Assembly (NCBI GenBank): GCA_963674735.2
Contig: CAXXQS010000001.1
Location: 256,001 to 320,000, forward strand
DNA length: 64,000 bases
Direction of reading: 5' to 3'
Source: Myxococcota bacterium
GTDB lineage: Bacteria > Myxococcota_A > SURF-8
Shown here: piece after piece, positions 29,781 to 39,647 of the stretch
Numbering within the stretch: position 1 is the stretch's first letter
Layout of the letters: each line of letters begins with the position of its first letter
Notes under the pieces: model-generated
Databases searched by the model: none
Seen by the model: the letters and a program-made list of their open reading frames with translations, nothing else
What the model was told of the DNA's origin: nothing
Position numbers and translations under genes: made by a program

Positions 29781-31483
29781 CGGCGCGGTTTCTTACTTTT
29801 TGTCGAACGTTTTTTCAACGGCCGGGATGCGCTTCCCGGTCGTTTTCGTTTGGGCTTGCCACCGAAACGATCTTCCGCTGATTCGTCTCGTCTGAACTCG
29901 CCACGTTCGCTGCCGCGTGCGGGTCGGCTGTCGCCGCGCTTGAACTCACTGCGCTCGCCGCGTGCGGGTCGGCTGTCGCCGCGCTTGAACTCACTGCGCT
30001 CGCCGCGTGCGGGTCGGCTGTCGCCACGCTTGAACTCACTGCGCTCGCCGCGTGCGGGTCGGCTGTCGCCACGCTTGAACTCACTGCGCTCGCCGCGTGC
30101 GGGTCGGCTGTCGCCGCGTTTGAACTCACTGCGCTCGCCGCGTGCGGGTCGGCTGTCGCCGCGTTTGAACTCACTGCGCTCGCCGCGTGCGGGTCGGCTG
30201 TCGCCGCGCTTGAACTCGCTTCGTTCGCCGCGTGCGGGTCGGCTGTCGCCGCGCTTGAACTCGCTTCGTTCGCCGCGTGCGGGTCGGCTGTCGCCGCGTT
30301 TGAACTCGCTTCGCTCGCCGCGTGCGGGTCGGCTGTCGCCACGCTTGAACTCGCTTCGCTCGCCGCGTGCGGGTCGGTTGTCGCCACGCTTGAACTCGCT
30401 TCGCTCGCCGCGTGCGGGTCGGTTGTCGCCGCGCTTCAATTCGGAAAGCTCGCGGGTCGCGGGGCGTTTTCCGCGACTGGGACGCTCATCGGCAGTCTTG
30501 AAATCGGAGCGTTTATTGCGTGTCGGGCGTTCATCGGCGCTTTTCATCCAAGCGGGTTTCATTGAAGGTTTCGCTTTACTTGGCGAAGACTTGCCGAGCT
30601 TGGGTTTTTGGGGCTTGGCTTTGGCCCAGCCTTTACGCGTCGGAGCCTTGCGTGTCGGAGCCGACAAACCGGCCGGGCGCGATTTTTCGAGGGGATCGAT
30701 GGCGGCCAGGGGAGACGAAGGTCTGGAACGGGTATTGAATCCGTCCGATATGGTCGCGGAGTCGATCAAACCGGTCATTTCGTAGAGGTCCAGTACTTCT
30801 TTGGGGCTCAGCGGACGCACGTCGCCCGGATTCATGTCGTCCACACGCAGGTTGGCGAACGCGGCGCGGCGCAGTTTGAGAACCGTGCTGCCCACCGCTT
30901 CCACGATGCGGCGCACCTCGCGGTTGCGGCCTTCCGTGAGGATGAACAGGTACCAGCTGTTTTTATCGGTGTCGCGTATCTTTTCGATGATCACCGGCTG
31001 GGTGGGGCCGTCTTCCAGTTCCACTCCATTGGCAATCATGGCCACCTGGCGGCTGTTGAGCTTGCCCTGCACCTTTACTTCGTATTCGCGCGGGACGCGG
31101 TGGGAGGGATGGGTGAGGCGGTGCACCAGTTCGCCGTCGTTGGTGAGGATCAGCGCGCCTTCGGTATGGTAATCCAGGCGACCCACGGAAACCAGACGGC
31201 GTTTTTCCTGAATCAGATTGAAGACCACCGGTCGGCCCGCTTCGTCGCTGTGCGAGGTGATCATGCCGTCGGGTTTGTTGACCAGCAGATACAGCTTTTT
31301 CTCGAATTGCAGCTTATCGCCGTCCACGTCGATGCGCTGTTTCTCCGGGTCGGCGGTCGTGCCCAGTTCGCGGACGACTCGGCGGTCCACACGGACGCGC
31401 CCGGCGAGGATCAATTCCTCGGCTTTGCGGCGGGAGCAGCGGCCCGTTTGGGCGATCAATTTTTGCAGGCGTTGTTTCGGCAT
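29777..31483 (-). CDS. rluB: 23S rRNA pseudouridine synthase RluB-like with a long repetitive C-terminal tail
   Basis: S4 domain RLQKLIA..SRRKAE, GRLD catalytic motif, EGRNREVRR; follows scpAB. Confidence 0.9.
   Translation of the reverse strand: MPKQRLQKLIAQTGRCSRRKAEELILAGRVRVDRRVVRELGTTADPEKQRIDVDGDKLQFEKKLYLLVNKPDGMITSHSDEAGRPVVFNLIQEKRRLVSVGRLDYHTEGALILTNDGELVHRLTHPSHRVPREYEVKVQGKLNSRQVAMIANGVELEDGPTQPVIIEKIRDTDKNSWYLFILTEGRNREVRRIVEAVGSTVLKLRRAAFANLRVDDMNPGDVRPLSPKEVLDLYEMTGLIDSATISDGFNTRSRPSSPLAAIDPLEKSRPAGLSAPTRKAPTRKGWAKAKPQKPKLGKSSPSKAKPSMKPAWMKSADERPTRNKRSDFKTADERPSRGKRPATRELSELKRGDNRPARGERSEFKRGDNRPARGERSEFKRGDSRPARGERSEFKRGDSRPARGERSEFKRGDSRPARGERSEFKRGDSRPARGERSEFKRGDSRPARGERSEFKRGDSRPARGERSEFKRGDSRPARGERSEFKRGDSRPARGERSEFKRGDSRPARGERSEFKRGDSRPARGSERGEFRRDESAEDRFGGKPKRKRPGSASRPLKKRSTKSKKPRR
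29912..30437 (-). repeat. 45-bp tandem repeat x12 (ERSEFKRGDSRPARG)
   Basis: GCCGCGTGCGGGTCGG recurs every 45 bp from 29912 to 30407. Confidence 0.95.
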
Positions 31484-31601
31484 GGGTGATCCTTATTCTT
31501 TCAGGTGGTGCTTGGCACGAAACGGCCCAACACCCTCCACCGGTTTGGGCGGAGCTTTCATCCGCGCGCGCCGGTCGGTCGAGCAATGGTGCGAAAACGT
31601 C

Positions 31602-32525
31602 TCAATCCGACTCGCGGTCGGACCTTTCTTCCAATTCGGGGTTCGGATCGACTGCGGGAGAGGGGGCGTCGTCGCTCGGCTGGGCGGGCTCGGACACGGG
31701 CAGCTCACCGGCGATCACTTCGATATCGGCGACGGCTTCGGCGGTTTCGTCCTCTTCCTCGTCGTAGGGCTTGCGTGTGAGAATCTCTTTGATGGTGGCG
31801 TCGGCGGTTTGCACGGCGTCTTCCAAATCTTCAGCCACCTTTTCGAGCTCGACGGCGGTTTTGCTGATATCCGCGCCACCGAAATGGACGTCGTAAAGCG
31901 GGTTCGCGTCTTCTTCCGGGACGTCGCGGCCATAGGTGGCCTCCACCTTCGACTGGTGTTCCTCACTGAGTTCCTGAAACTCCTGCAAGGTGGGCAGATC
32001 TTTCAAACTGCGCAGGCCGAAGGTTTCGAGGAAATCCTTGCTGGTGCCGTAGATCAGCGGGCGGCCCGCCTCTTCGCGTTTGCCGAGAATGCGCGCCAGA
32101 CGCTTGTCCAGTAAAAGCTTGAGCACGCCGCCCACATCCACGCCGCGAATTTCCTCGATCTCGGCGCGCGTGACCGGCTGGCGATAGGCCACGATGGCAA
32201 GGGTTTCCAGGGCTGGCCGTGACAGTCGCAGGGGCTTTGTTCGGAACAGCTCGCGGATGTACTCGGCGCAAATCGGATCGCTACGGAACTGATAGCCGGT
32301 ACCCACTTCAACCAGATGTATGCCGAGGCTCGGGTCGTTCCACTTGTGCAACAGCGTATCCAGAACCTGTTTGATTTCCTGACTGCGCACGTTCGCCAAC
32401 AGGCGTCGGATCGCCGAAAGCTTGAGCACGCGGCCATGGGCGAAGATCAGGCCTTCGATGATCTGGGTCAACTGGGCTTCCGGTATAGACCATTCGGGCA
32501 GCGTGTCGTCGAGATCGGTGGCCAC
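31602..32525 (-). CDS. scpB: SMC-Scp complex subunit ScpB (may extend to 32863 across a frameshift)
   Basis: [44 protein letters not shown]. Confidence 0.93.
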   Translation of the reverse strand: MATDLDDTLPEWSIPEAQLTQIIEGLIFAHGRVLKLSAIRRLLANVRSQEIKQVLDTLLHKWNDPSLGIHLVEVGTGYQFRSDPICAEYIRELFRTKPLRLSRPALETLAIVAYRQPVTRAEIEEIRGVDVGGVLKLLLDKRLARILGKREEAGRPLIYGTSKDFLETFGLRSLKDLPTLQEFQELSEEHQSKVEATYGRDVPEEDANPLYDVHFGGADISKTAVELEKVAEDLEDAVQTADATIKEILTRKPYDEEEDETAEAVADIEVIAGELPVSEPAQPSDDAPSPAVDPNPELEERSDRESD

Positions 32526-32903
32526 GGCTTTCGGTTGCGACTCATCGACCGGCGCGTCATCGACCGGCGTGTCATCGACCGGCGTGTCATCAAACTGCGC
32601 TTCTTCCGGCTCGGTCTGTTCCGTATCGCTGGGCGGGTCGACTCGGGCTCCTCCGCTTCAGCGCTTTCCGTTTCGTTTGGTTCCGCTATCGCCGTTTTTT
32701 CAGGTGCGTCGTGTTCGGTCATGACCGCTTCCGTCGGCGCGTCATCGCAATCTGCGGAACTGGGAACGTCGTTTGTGGATTCGTCGGGAGCCGTCGGCGT
32801 TTCCGGGGATTGCTCCGGTTTGCCGGGGGCGTCATCCAACTTGTCTGTTTTAAAGTCGTTCATCGCCTGAGTGTCCTGAAAGAAAGCCTTGTTTCAGCAT
32901 TCT

Positions 32904-33779
32904 TCATGTCGTTTCGCCCGAATCCGCCTCGGTGATGGCGGGGGCGTCTTGTACGGGTTCTTCTTCCAAGGTTACGCGTTCCATGATGGATTTATCATCG
33001 GGGGCATCCGGACGCATGGACAAGTAAATCTCACCCTGCACGCTGGTTTGAAACAGCCGCACGACGCGCATGCGGGCCAGTTCGAGAATGGCGAGAAAGG
33101 TGGTAACCAACTCCGGCCGGGTGTAGATGTCCTTGAAAAGATGACGAAAATCAACCCGTTTCGCGGCTCGCAGCTTGCTTAGCACGTCGCGGATCTTGTC
33201 TTCAACCTTGTAATTGTCGAGCTGCACCTTGTGCGGGGCATGAAGCTTGATTTTGTCGAGCAACTCCTGGAAAATACTAATCAATTCGAAAACCGAGACA
33301 TCTTCGATGTCCTGAGCTTCCGCGTTATCGCTTTTGGGGCGTTCGGGGGAGCGGACGTACACATCACGGTTCAACAGCGGTTTGCTGTCCAACTGCTCGG
33401 CGGCGGTTTTGTACTTTTGATACTCCAGCAGCCGTCGGACCAGTTCCTCGCGCGGGTCCATCAGGTCGTCGTCCGCCTCATCCTCGGGATCGTCGCTGGG
33501 GGGCAGCAGCATCTTGCTTTTGATATGCGCCAACGTGGCGGCCATCACCAGGAAGTCGCCAGCCAGATCCAGATTGAGCTTTTGGATAACCGCCATATAT
33601 TCCAGGTACTTCGCCAGGATTTCCGCAACCGGGATGTCGAAGATATCCATCTCGTGCTGCTTGATCAGGTGCAGCAGAAGGTCGAGCGGACCCTCGAAAC
33701 GCTCCAGTTCGACCATGAAACTGGTGGGCGATGATTCGAAGTCCATTGCTGGGGTGTTGGGGGTCGATTCCGTGCTCAC
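32904..33779 (-). CDS. scpA: Segregation and condensation protein ScpA
   Basis: FEGPLDLLLHLI, FLVMAATL, FLAILEL; AAGGAG RBS before GTG 33779. Confidence 0.95.
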   Translation of the reverse strand: MSTESTPNTPAMDFESSPTSFMVELERFEGPLDLLLHLIKQHEMDIFDIPVAEILAKYLEYMAVIQKLNLDLAGDFLVMAATLAHIKSKMLLPPSDDPEDEADDDLMDPREELVRRLLEYQKYKTAAEQLDSKPLLNRDVYVRSPERPKSDNAEAQDIEDVSVFELISIFQELLDKIKLHAPHKVQLDNYKVEDKIRDVLSKLRAAKRVDFRHLFKDIYTRPELVTTFLAILELARMRVVRLFQTSVQGEIYLSMRPDAPDDKSIMERVTLEEEPVQDAPAITEADSGETT

Positions 33780-34001
33780 ATTTTTCTCCTTTGCGAGTTC
33801 TGCGTTTGTAGCTTGGATGGCGCGGAATTGCAAGCGCTTTCATTCAGGAAAACACAGGGAGGGCACTATTATTAGCGGGTGACGGAAAGAAAGGTCGATC
33901 GGCAAAGAACGACAGCCGGGAGGTGAGTCGTTTTTCGAGCCAAACTTCGGGAGATGAAGCGGGATGTGTTTTGCAACATGCCGATATTTATACGAAAACG
34001 G

Positions 34002-35843
34002 CTACAGCGGATCGGGCCCCGGACCATCCGCGGTGCGGGGGAGCAATCGTTTTGCGTCGATCATCGTCAGCCGACCGGCGTGGGTGATGGAATGAACGCC
34101 GATGATGGATTCGTCCCAATCCGGTTCGATGACCGACCTTTCCCGCTCTTCGTACTCTCGCTCGTTCAAGCGGACGACCTGGTGAACGCGGATTCCATAT
34201 CCGTAGTTTTCCGAACAATCTTGTCCGGGGCGATACAGGTTGCCGTTGTGCTGGAACAGCGCGCCCGCCATGCGTGCGCGGCGCACATCCGAAACGATGG
34301 GATTGTAGGGATGCGGACGCCATGGGCCGTGAATCGAATCGGAATAGAACAGGAACAATTCGTCGCAACTCGACATGCCCTCGGTTTCCATGATGTTCGT
34401 GAACAGCCACCATTTTCCGTCATGGCGATGCAAAACGGTATCGACGGCATGCACGTTGTCCAGCAAAGTTTTTTCAAAGGTCCAACGGTTGGGGAATTCC
34501 TCGCATCGGTACAAATCGATGCGGCGTTTGGATGCCGATTCGGGGACCATGTAGAGCTTTCCTTCCGCTTCGAAGACGAAGGGGAAGGAAAGGTGCCAGG
34601 GCTCTTCCAACACGACCTGCGGCGAGCCGAGCGTGCCGTCGGCTTCCATTGTCATCACCGAGATGTGGCCTTTTTTCTGCCGGTAAAGGACTTCTTCGAA
34701 GAAGATGTAATAGCGGCCGTCCCGTTCGATGGCGTGCGGGTCCGCCCAGAAACGATCCGGGGGAGGGAGAATCGGCTTGTAGCGCCAGAAAGAGGTCGCG
34801 AGTTCATCGCGCAGATCGTATAGCAGGAACCAATGCTCGAAGTTTTGTTCAAGTGTCTCGATGCGCTGATGAAAACGGGCTTGATGCTTTTCGAGCAGGG
34901 GACCGAAGGTTTTGTTCGGGGGGACGCTGTAATTCGGCTTGGAATAGAAAAACAGATCCTGGTTATAGGGACGACAGCGCCTGAAAAATTCCTCCTCGCC
35001 AACCTCGTGTAATTCTTGAAGCTTGCGCGGGATGAACAGCATCGTTTTCCAGTACATCGGATTGCGCGAGAGATAGACGTAATCGGGCATGGTGGCCGAC
35101 CAGGAGCGAAAGAGAACCGTTCCGTTGTCCAGGTCTTCGGTCAGGATCTGCAGAATCGATCCGGTGACGGGATTTCCCTCGAAAACCTCCCAGAATCCGG
35201 CCGGTCCTCCGCGATACTCGAAATTGTCGCCGTGGTGAAGCGACCAGACGCCGTACTTGGCGGCCTGTAGGATCGATCCCTTGAGAATGCGGAACCCAAG
35301 GCGAATCAAGACGTCCAGGTGCTGTTCGCGTATCCGTTCGACTTCTTCTTCGTTGAAGCGATCCACAAAGCCCGACCGTTTCGGATGCACGTTTAATACG
35401 TCGACATCGTTAAACAAATCCGATAGGTCTTTCGGCTTGAAAGCCCACCTGTCTACCGATTTGGGGAGGTAACGTTCCTCGTTTTGCATCCAATTCGCAT
35501 ATTGCGAGATGCTGGTGTCGTCTTGCTCTTGAGGGGGAAGCGCTTCGCCTCTGAGTCGTCGTTTCGCGTCGGCCATGGCCTGGCGCGTGTGCGTCCGGGT
35601 TATGGAAAGCCGTCGCCGTATCGGCAGCGGGAGCTGGTCCTTGATGAATGAGGCCAGGTTTCGCTTTCCAGGCGACTGCGCAGGGGGCGGCGAAGGGGGC
35701 TGGGCCGGTTGCGTGGGTTGTTCGTTCAGAATCACCAGGCAAACTTCCGCATAATCGCCGTTTTGGATTTTTTCCAACATTTCGCGCGTCCACGCAAGAC
35801 CTTGGAAAGAATCCAGCATCACCCCGATTCGAAGCTTGTTCAT
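34002..35843 (-). CDS. Formyltransferase-like domain fused to a GINT1-type beta-propeller (glucosamine inositolphosphorylceramide transferase family)
   Basis: SLHHGD..YRGGP formyltransferase-like motif; FWADP, HLSFPFVF, ARMAG, RPGQDC..YG motifs. Confidence 0.75.
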   Translation of the reverse strand: MNKLRIGVMLDSFQGLAWTREMLEKIQNGDYAEVCLVILNEQPTQPAQPPSPPPAQSPGKRNLASFIKDQLPLPIRRRLSITRTHTRQAMADAKRRLRGEALPPQEQDDTSISQYANWMQNEERYLPKSVDRWAFKPKDLSDLFNDVDVLNVHPKRSGFVDRFNEEEVERIREQHLDVLIRLGFRILKGSILQAAKYGVWSLHHGDNFEYRGGPAGFWEVFEGNPVTGSILQILTEDLDNGTVLFRSWSATMPDYVYLSRNPMYWKTMLFIPRKLQELHEVGEEEFFRRCRPYNQDLFFYSKPNYSVPPNKTFGPLLEKHQARFHQRIETLEQNFEHWFLLYDLRDELATSFWRYKPILPPPDRFWADPHAIERDGRYYIFFEEVLYRQKKGHISVMTMEADGTLGSPQVVLEEPWHLSFPFVFEAEGKLYMVPESASKRRIDLYRCEEFPNRWTFEKTLLDNVHAVDTVLHRHDGKWWLFTNIMETEGMSSCDELFLFYSDSIHGPWRPHPYNPIVSDVRRARMAGALFQHNGNLYRPGQDCSENYGYGIRVHQVVRLNEREYEERERSVIEPDWDESIIGVHSITHAGRLTMIDAKRLLPRTADGPGPDPL

Positions 35844-36000
35844 CGTGATTCCTTGGCTTGGAGCGGCGAATCAGCCGGTCGCTTCACTCATACGCATTCC
35901 CGAAAGTCAGATCGTACTCTAGCCAGAGTCCGCCGATTCGTCAACCCTGCCGGATAGCGCTGGACTGGCCCCCTTCGGCTCGATCGAATGCGCCGCTCTT

Positions 36001-36768
36001 TTATTTGCCTTCATGTTCGTGTTTGTGCGGAGCATCCGGCGCATGCAGGAGGTCGTGCTTATGCTTGTGGGCTTTTTCTCCGTGTTCCGCATGCTGGGCG
36101 GCATCGACATCCGCATGGGTGTGCGGATGCACGTGGGCGTGCTCATGGTCGTGCGAATGGGTGACGCCGTCTTTGTGCGTATGCTCGTGGGCGTGCGCGT
36201 GGGAATGATCGTGCTCGTGGGCGTGCGGGTCGTTATGGGCGTGATGATGATGGCTCTCGGAGTCGTCGTGGTCGTGGGGCACTCCCAGCATGTGCTGCAG
36301 CAAATGCTCTTTGCCCTCCAGGCTTTCCGCCCAGGCATCGCTGGCATCGTCGCGGGAGTCGATGGTTTTCAGGTAAGGCTTGATATCGAGAATCGGGGTG
36401 CCGTCGTAGAAATCGAGCGGCGAGGTGTAGATGGTATTTCCTTCCACCTTCAGTACTTTTACGATGCTCAAACCCAAGGGGCTCGGTCGCTTCGGGGAGC
36501 GGGCGGCGAAAATGCCGATCTCGACGCCATCGAGCCACGGGGGGCGCGCCGAAAGGGGGGCTTTTTCCTGCCAGGCGAAATATCCCACCACGTAAATGTG
36601 GGAACAATCCGCCACACGATCCAGGCCGTCGCTGTAAGCCGGGTCGATCTCGATGCGGAAAAGCCCCGGTTCCACATCGCGCCGAAGGGGTTGATGGGGC
36701 GTGAAATCGGGATCGTAAGGGGTATGGGCCTGTCCGATAAACCGCATTTTCAGCAACTGTTCCGTCAC
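36001..36768 (-). CDS. TrmO/TsaA-like SAM-dependent methyltransferase family protein with a His-rich C-terminus
   Basis: GIFAARSPKRPSPLGLS and DGTPILDIKPY motifs; ~80-aa His-rich tail. Confidence 0.82.
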   Translation of the reverse strand: MTEQLLKMRFIGQAHTPYDPDFTPHQPLRRDVEPGLFRIEIDPAYSDGLDRVADCSHIYVVGYFAWQEKAPLSARPPWLDGVEIGIFAARSPKRPSPLGLSIVKVLKVEGNTIYTSPLDFYDGTPILDIKPYLKTIDSRDDASDAWAESLEGKEHLLQHMLGVPHDHDDSESHHHHAHNDPHAHEHDHSHAHAHEHTHKDGVTHSHDHEHAHVHPHTHADVDAAQHAEHGEKAHKHKHDLLHAPDAPHKHEHEGK

Positions 36769-36893
36769 GAGCCATCTCCTTGATTGAGGTGCATTATTTC
36801 AGCAATCACGGAATATATCCGGCCACTGATCGTACCACTCTTAGAAGGGATTGTCCCCCAAAAACTTCCCAAAACCGGACAAGGAGGTACGCC

Positions 36894-37508
36894 GTGAGCG
36901 AGCAGGATTTGAAGCCCAAGCGATTAGGAAGCGCCATCGAGATCGCCACCGAAAAAATCAAGTCCCTGGATGCCGAAAAACGGGCCCGCGACATCGGTGT
37001 TGAATGGGATGGCGAAGCTTTTCTCTTCAGGTATTTCGGACGCCCCGTCCGGGTCGTCCAGGCCACCGGAGAATGCACGGTCGACGGGCGTTCCGCCCCC
37101 GGTTTCGATACGGTGCTGATCATGCACTATTTAACCGGCGCCACCCCCAACGATCTGGATCATTGCTGGATCTCGTTTCGCGAGTTGCCCGACGGGATGC
37201 CCTACCTCGCGGCCTTTCTCGAACGCGCACCGGGTGTGATCGCGAAAACCTTCGACGGCGATCCCGATTGGTTTTCCCAGGCGCTGCAGAATCTGGGGGC
37301 GACACGTGACCCCGCCTTGCCCGGGCTGGCCTTCACGCTGTCGGCCTTTCCCCGGCTGCCGCTGGCGGTGATTTTTCACGAGGGCGAGCCGGGCTTACCC
37401 GCCGATGCGACGATTCTGTTCGACTCCAGCGCGCCTTTGCATTTCTGCGCCGAAGACCTGGCGGTGTTGGGTGAACGACTGGCCAACCGGCTGGCGCACA
37501 GCGCGTGA
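36894..37508 (+). CDS. DUF3786-like protein
   Basis: ILMHYL, WISFRELPDG, FPRLPL, ATILFD..EDLAVL pattern; AAGGAGG RBS. Confidence 0.75.
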   Translation: MSEQDLKPKRLGSAIEIATEKIKSLDAEKRARDIGVEWDGEAFLFRYFGRPVRVVQATGECTVDGRSAPGFDTVLIMHYLTGATPNDLDHCWISFRELPDGMPYLAAFLERAPGVIAKTFDGDPDWFSQALQNLGATRDPALPGLAFTLSAFPRLPLAVIFHEGEPGLPADATILFDSSAPLHFCAEDLAVLGERLANRLAHSA

Positions 37509-37545
37509 AAGCTTAATACGCAATAAATACAAAAAAGGTCCGGTT

Positions 37546-37563
37546 CCTTGACGTACGTCAAGG
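37546..37563. promoter_or_regulatory. HcpR/FNR-like operator upstream of hcp
   Basis: Perfect palindrome CCTTGACGTACGTCAAGG (TTGAC-N4-GTCAA) about 100 bp before the hcp ATG. Confidence 0.8.
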
Positions 37564-37661
37564 CGGTCTCATCGCTGCTTTGGCAAAGTGTGAAACAAGG
37601 CTGAAAGCCAATGTGTTTAACGGCACGACGAGTAACACGACAACCAAGCAAAGGAGACGAC

Positions 37662-39299
37662 ATGTTTTGCTATCAATGCGAACAGACCGCGAAGGGGACC
37701 GGCTGTACGGTCAAGGGCGTGTGCGGAAAGGATCCCGAAGTCGCCATGCTGCAGGACTGGCTGCTCTACGGTATTAAGGGGTTGAGCGTGATTGCCCACA
37801 AAGCCGGGCAACTCGGTGTCCGCGATGAGGCGATCGACCTGTTTGCCGTCAAAGGGTTGTTCAGTACGATTACCAATGTCAATTTCGATCCCGAACGCCT
37901 GCGGGGTCTGCTGGCCGTACTGGAACATCAGCGCGAACGCGCCCTGACGCTTTACCGAGAAGCCTGCCAGGCGAAAGGTGTCACCCCCGAAAGCTTCGAT
38001 CCGATTGCCTGGCATGCCGAAACCGACGTTGCGGCTCAGGAAGCGAAAGCCGACGTGATTTCGATTGCGGCGCGCAAAGACAAGCTGGGTGAAGACATCA
38101 CCGCGCTTCAGGAACTGATCACTTACGGACTCAAGGGACTGGCGGCCTATGTCGATCATGCCCAGGTTCTCGGCCAATCCGATCCGGCGGTTTACGCCTT
38201 TGTACACGAGGGTATGGCTTTTCTCACCGAAACCCACGAACTGGGGGAGTGGGTCGGGATGGCGCTCAAGGTGGGGGAAGTGAACCTGCGCGCCATGGAA
38301 CTGCTCGACGCTGCTAATACCGGCACCTACGGCCACCCGGAACCTACCCAAGTGCGGGTGACGCCCATCAAAGGCAAGTGTATCCTGGTCTCGGGGCACG
38401 ACCTGAAAGACCTGAAGGCGCTGCTGGAGCAGACGGAAGGGAAGGGCATCAATGTCTATACGCACGGCGAAATGCTGCCCACCAATGCCTACCCCGAGTT
38501 GAAAAAACACAAGCATCTGGTGGGTAATTACGGGGGTGCCTGGCAGGATCAACGCAAGGAATTCGAAGCTTTTCCGGGCGCGATTCTCATGACGACCAAC
38601 TGCATCCAGCGTCCGACCGACACTTACAAGGTCCGCATCTTCACCACCGGTCTGGTAGCCTGGCCGGGCGTCACGCATGTTGCGTCGCAGGCGTTCGCGC
38701 CGGTGATCGAAGCCGCGTTGGCCGCTCCCGGCTTCACTGAAGACGCTCCCGAAAAGCGTATCTGGATCGGCTTTGCACGCAATGCCGTGATGGAGGCCGC
38801 CGGAAAAGTGGTGGAATTGGTCAAAGCGGGCAAGGTGAAGCATTTCTTCCTGATCGGCGGTTGCGACGGCGCGAAGAGCGGCCGCAACTACTACACCGAT
38901 CTGGCTCAGGCGGTGCCCGACGACGCACTGATCCTGACGCTGGCCTGCGGGAAATACCGCTTCAATAAACTGGAGTATGGCGACATCGAGGGCATTCCGC
39001 GTCTGTTGGATGTGGGTCAGTGCAACGATGCGTATTCGGCCGTGCAGATTGCGGTGGCCTTGGCCGAGGCTTTCGAGACGGATGTCAATTCGCTGCCGCT
39101 CTCGTTCATTTTGTCCTGGTACGAGCAGAAGGCGGTGGTGATTTTGCTGAGTCTGCTGCATCTCGGCATCAAAAATATCCGCCTGGGACCGACGCTGCCC
39201 GCCTTCGTGACCCCGGCGATTTTGGATGTGCTGGTGGAGAACTTCGCGATCAAGCCCATCACCACGGTAGAGGAAGATCTGGCGGCCATTCTCGGGTAA
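37662..39299 (+). CDS. hcp: Hybrid cluster protein (hydroxylamine/NO reductase)
   Basis: MFCYQCEQT..GC...GVCGK, SGHDL, THGEM, GGCDG, GQCND and SWYEQK motifs. Confidence 0.97.
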   Translation: MFCYQCEQTAKGTGCTVKGVCGKDPEVAMLQDWLLYGIKGLSVIAHKAGQLGVRDEAIDLFAVKGLFSTITNVNFDPERLRGLLAVLEHQRERALTLYREACQAKGVTPESFDPIAWHAETDVAAQEAKADVISIAARKDKLGEDITALQELITYGLKGLAAYVDHAQVLGQSDPAVYAFVHEGMAFLTETHELGEWVGMALKVGEVNLRAMELLDAANTGTYGHPEPTQVRVTPIKGKCILVSGHDLKDLKALLEQTEGKGINVYTHGEMLPTNAYPELKKHKHLVGNYGGAWQDQRKEFEAFPGAILMTTNCIQRPTDTYKVRIFTTGLVAWPGVTHVASQAFAPVIEAALAAPGFTEDAPEKRIWIGFARNAVMEAAGKVVELVKAGKVKHFFLIGGCDGAKSGRNYYTDLAQAVPDDALILTLACGKYRFNKLEYGDIEGIPRLLDVGQCNDAYSAVQIAVALAEAFETDVNSLPLSFILSWYEQKAVVILLSLLHLGIKNIRLGPTLPAFVTPAILDVLVENFAIKPITTVEEDLAAILG

Positions 39300-39647
39300 A
39301 TCGAGCATGAAAGCCTTACGCTGTTGAGTGATTCTGCAACCGGCCCGCCGAAAACGGGTCGGTTTTTTTTTGGGCGCGCGTCGTGGTCGCGGCGTTGGTA
39401 ACGGGCTTCGACTCTCATGGATGTCCGAACGAGAATGTTTGATCCCCATGATTTTTCGCGAAAACGGGAGATGGGGCATTCCCTTTCTTTTCTCGTTAGA
39501 TGTCTTTTAGCGGTTGCGCCTTCGGTCTTGTTCTGGTAACTTTTGAGGTTAGATTGAGGTTGGTTTGAACGGCGGTTACTGCCGCGGATACGCTGTTCGT
39601 TTTCATCGATTCCTTCGTGCTTGCGGTATATCGGAAGAGGTAGATAG

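Noticed and set aside
29912-30437. 45-bp periodic repeats as a CRISPR array
   Set aside because: No unique spacers; it is an in-frame coding tandem repeat; no cas genes in the window
29912-30437. Twelve RGD(S) motifs as integrin-binding sites
   Set aside because: The protein is a cytoplasmic rRNA-modifying enzyme; RGD is a by-product of the R/G/D-rich repeat
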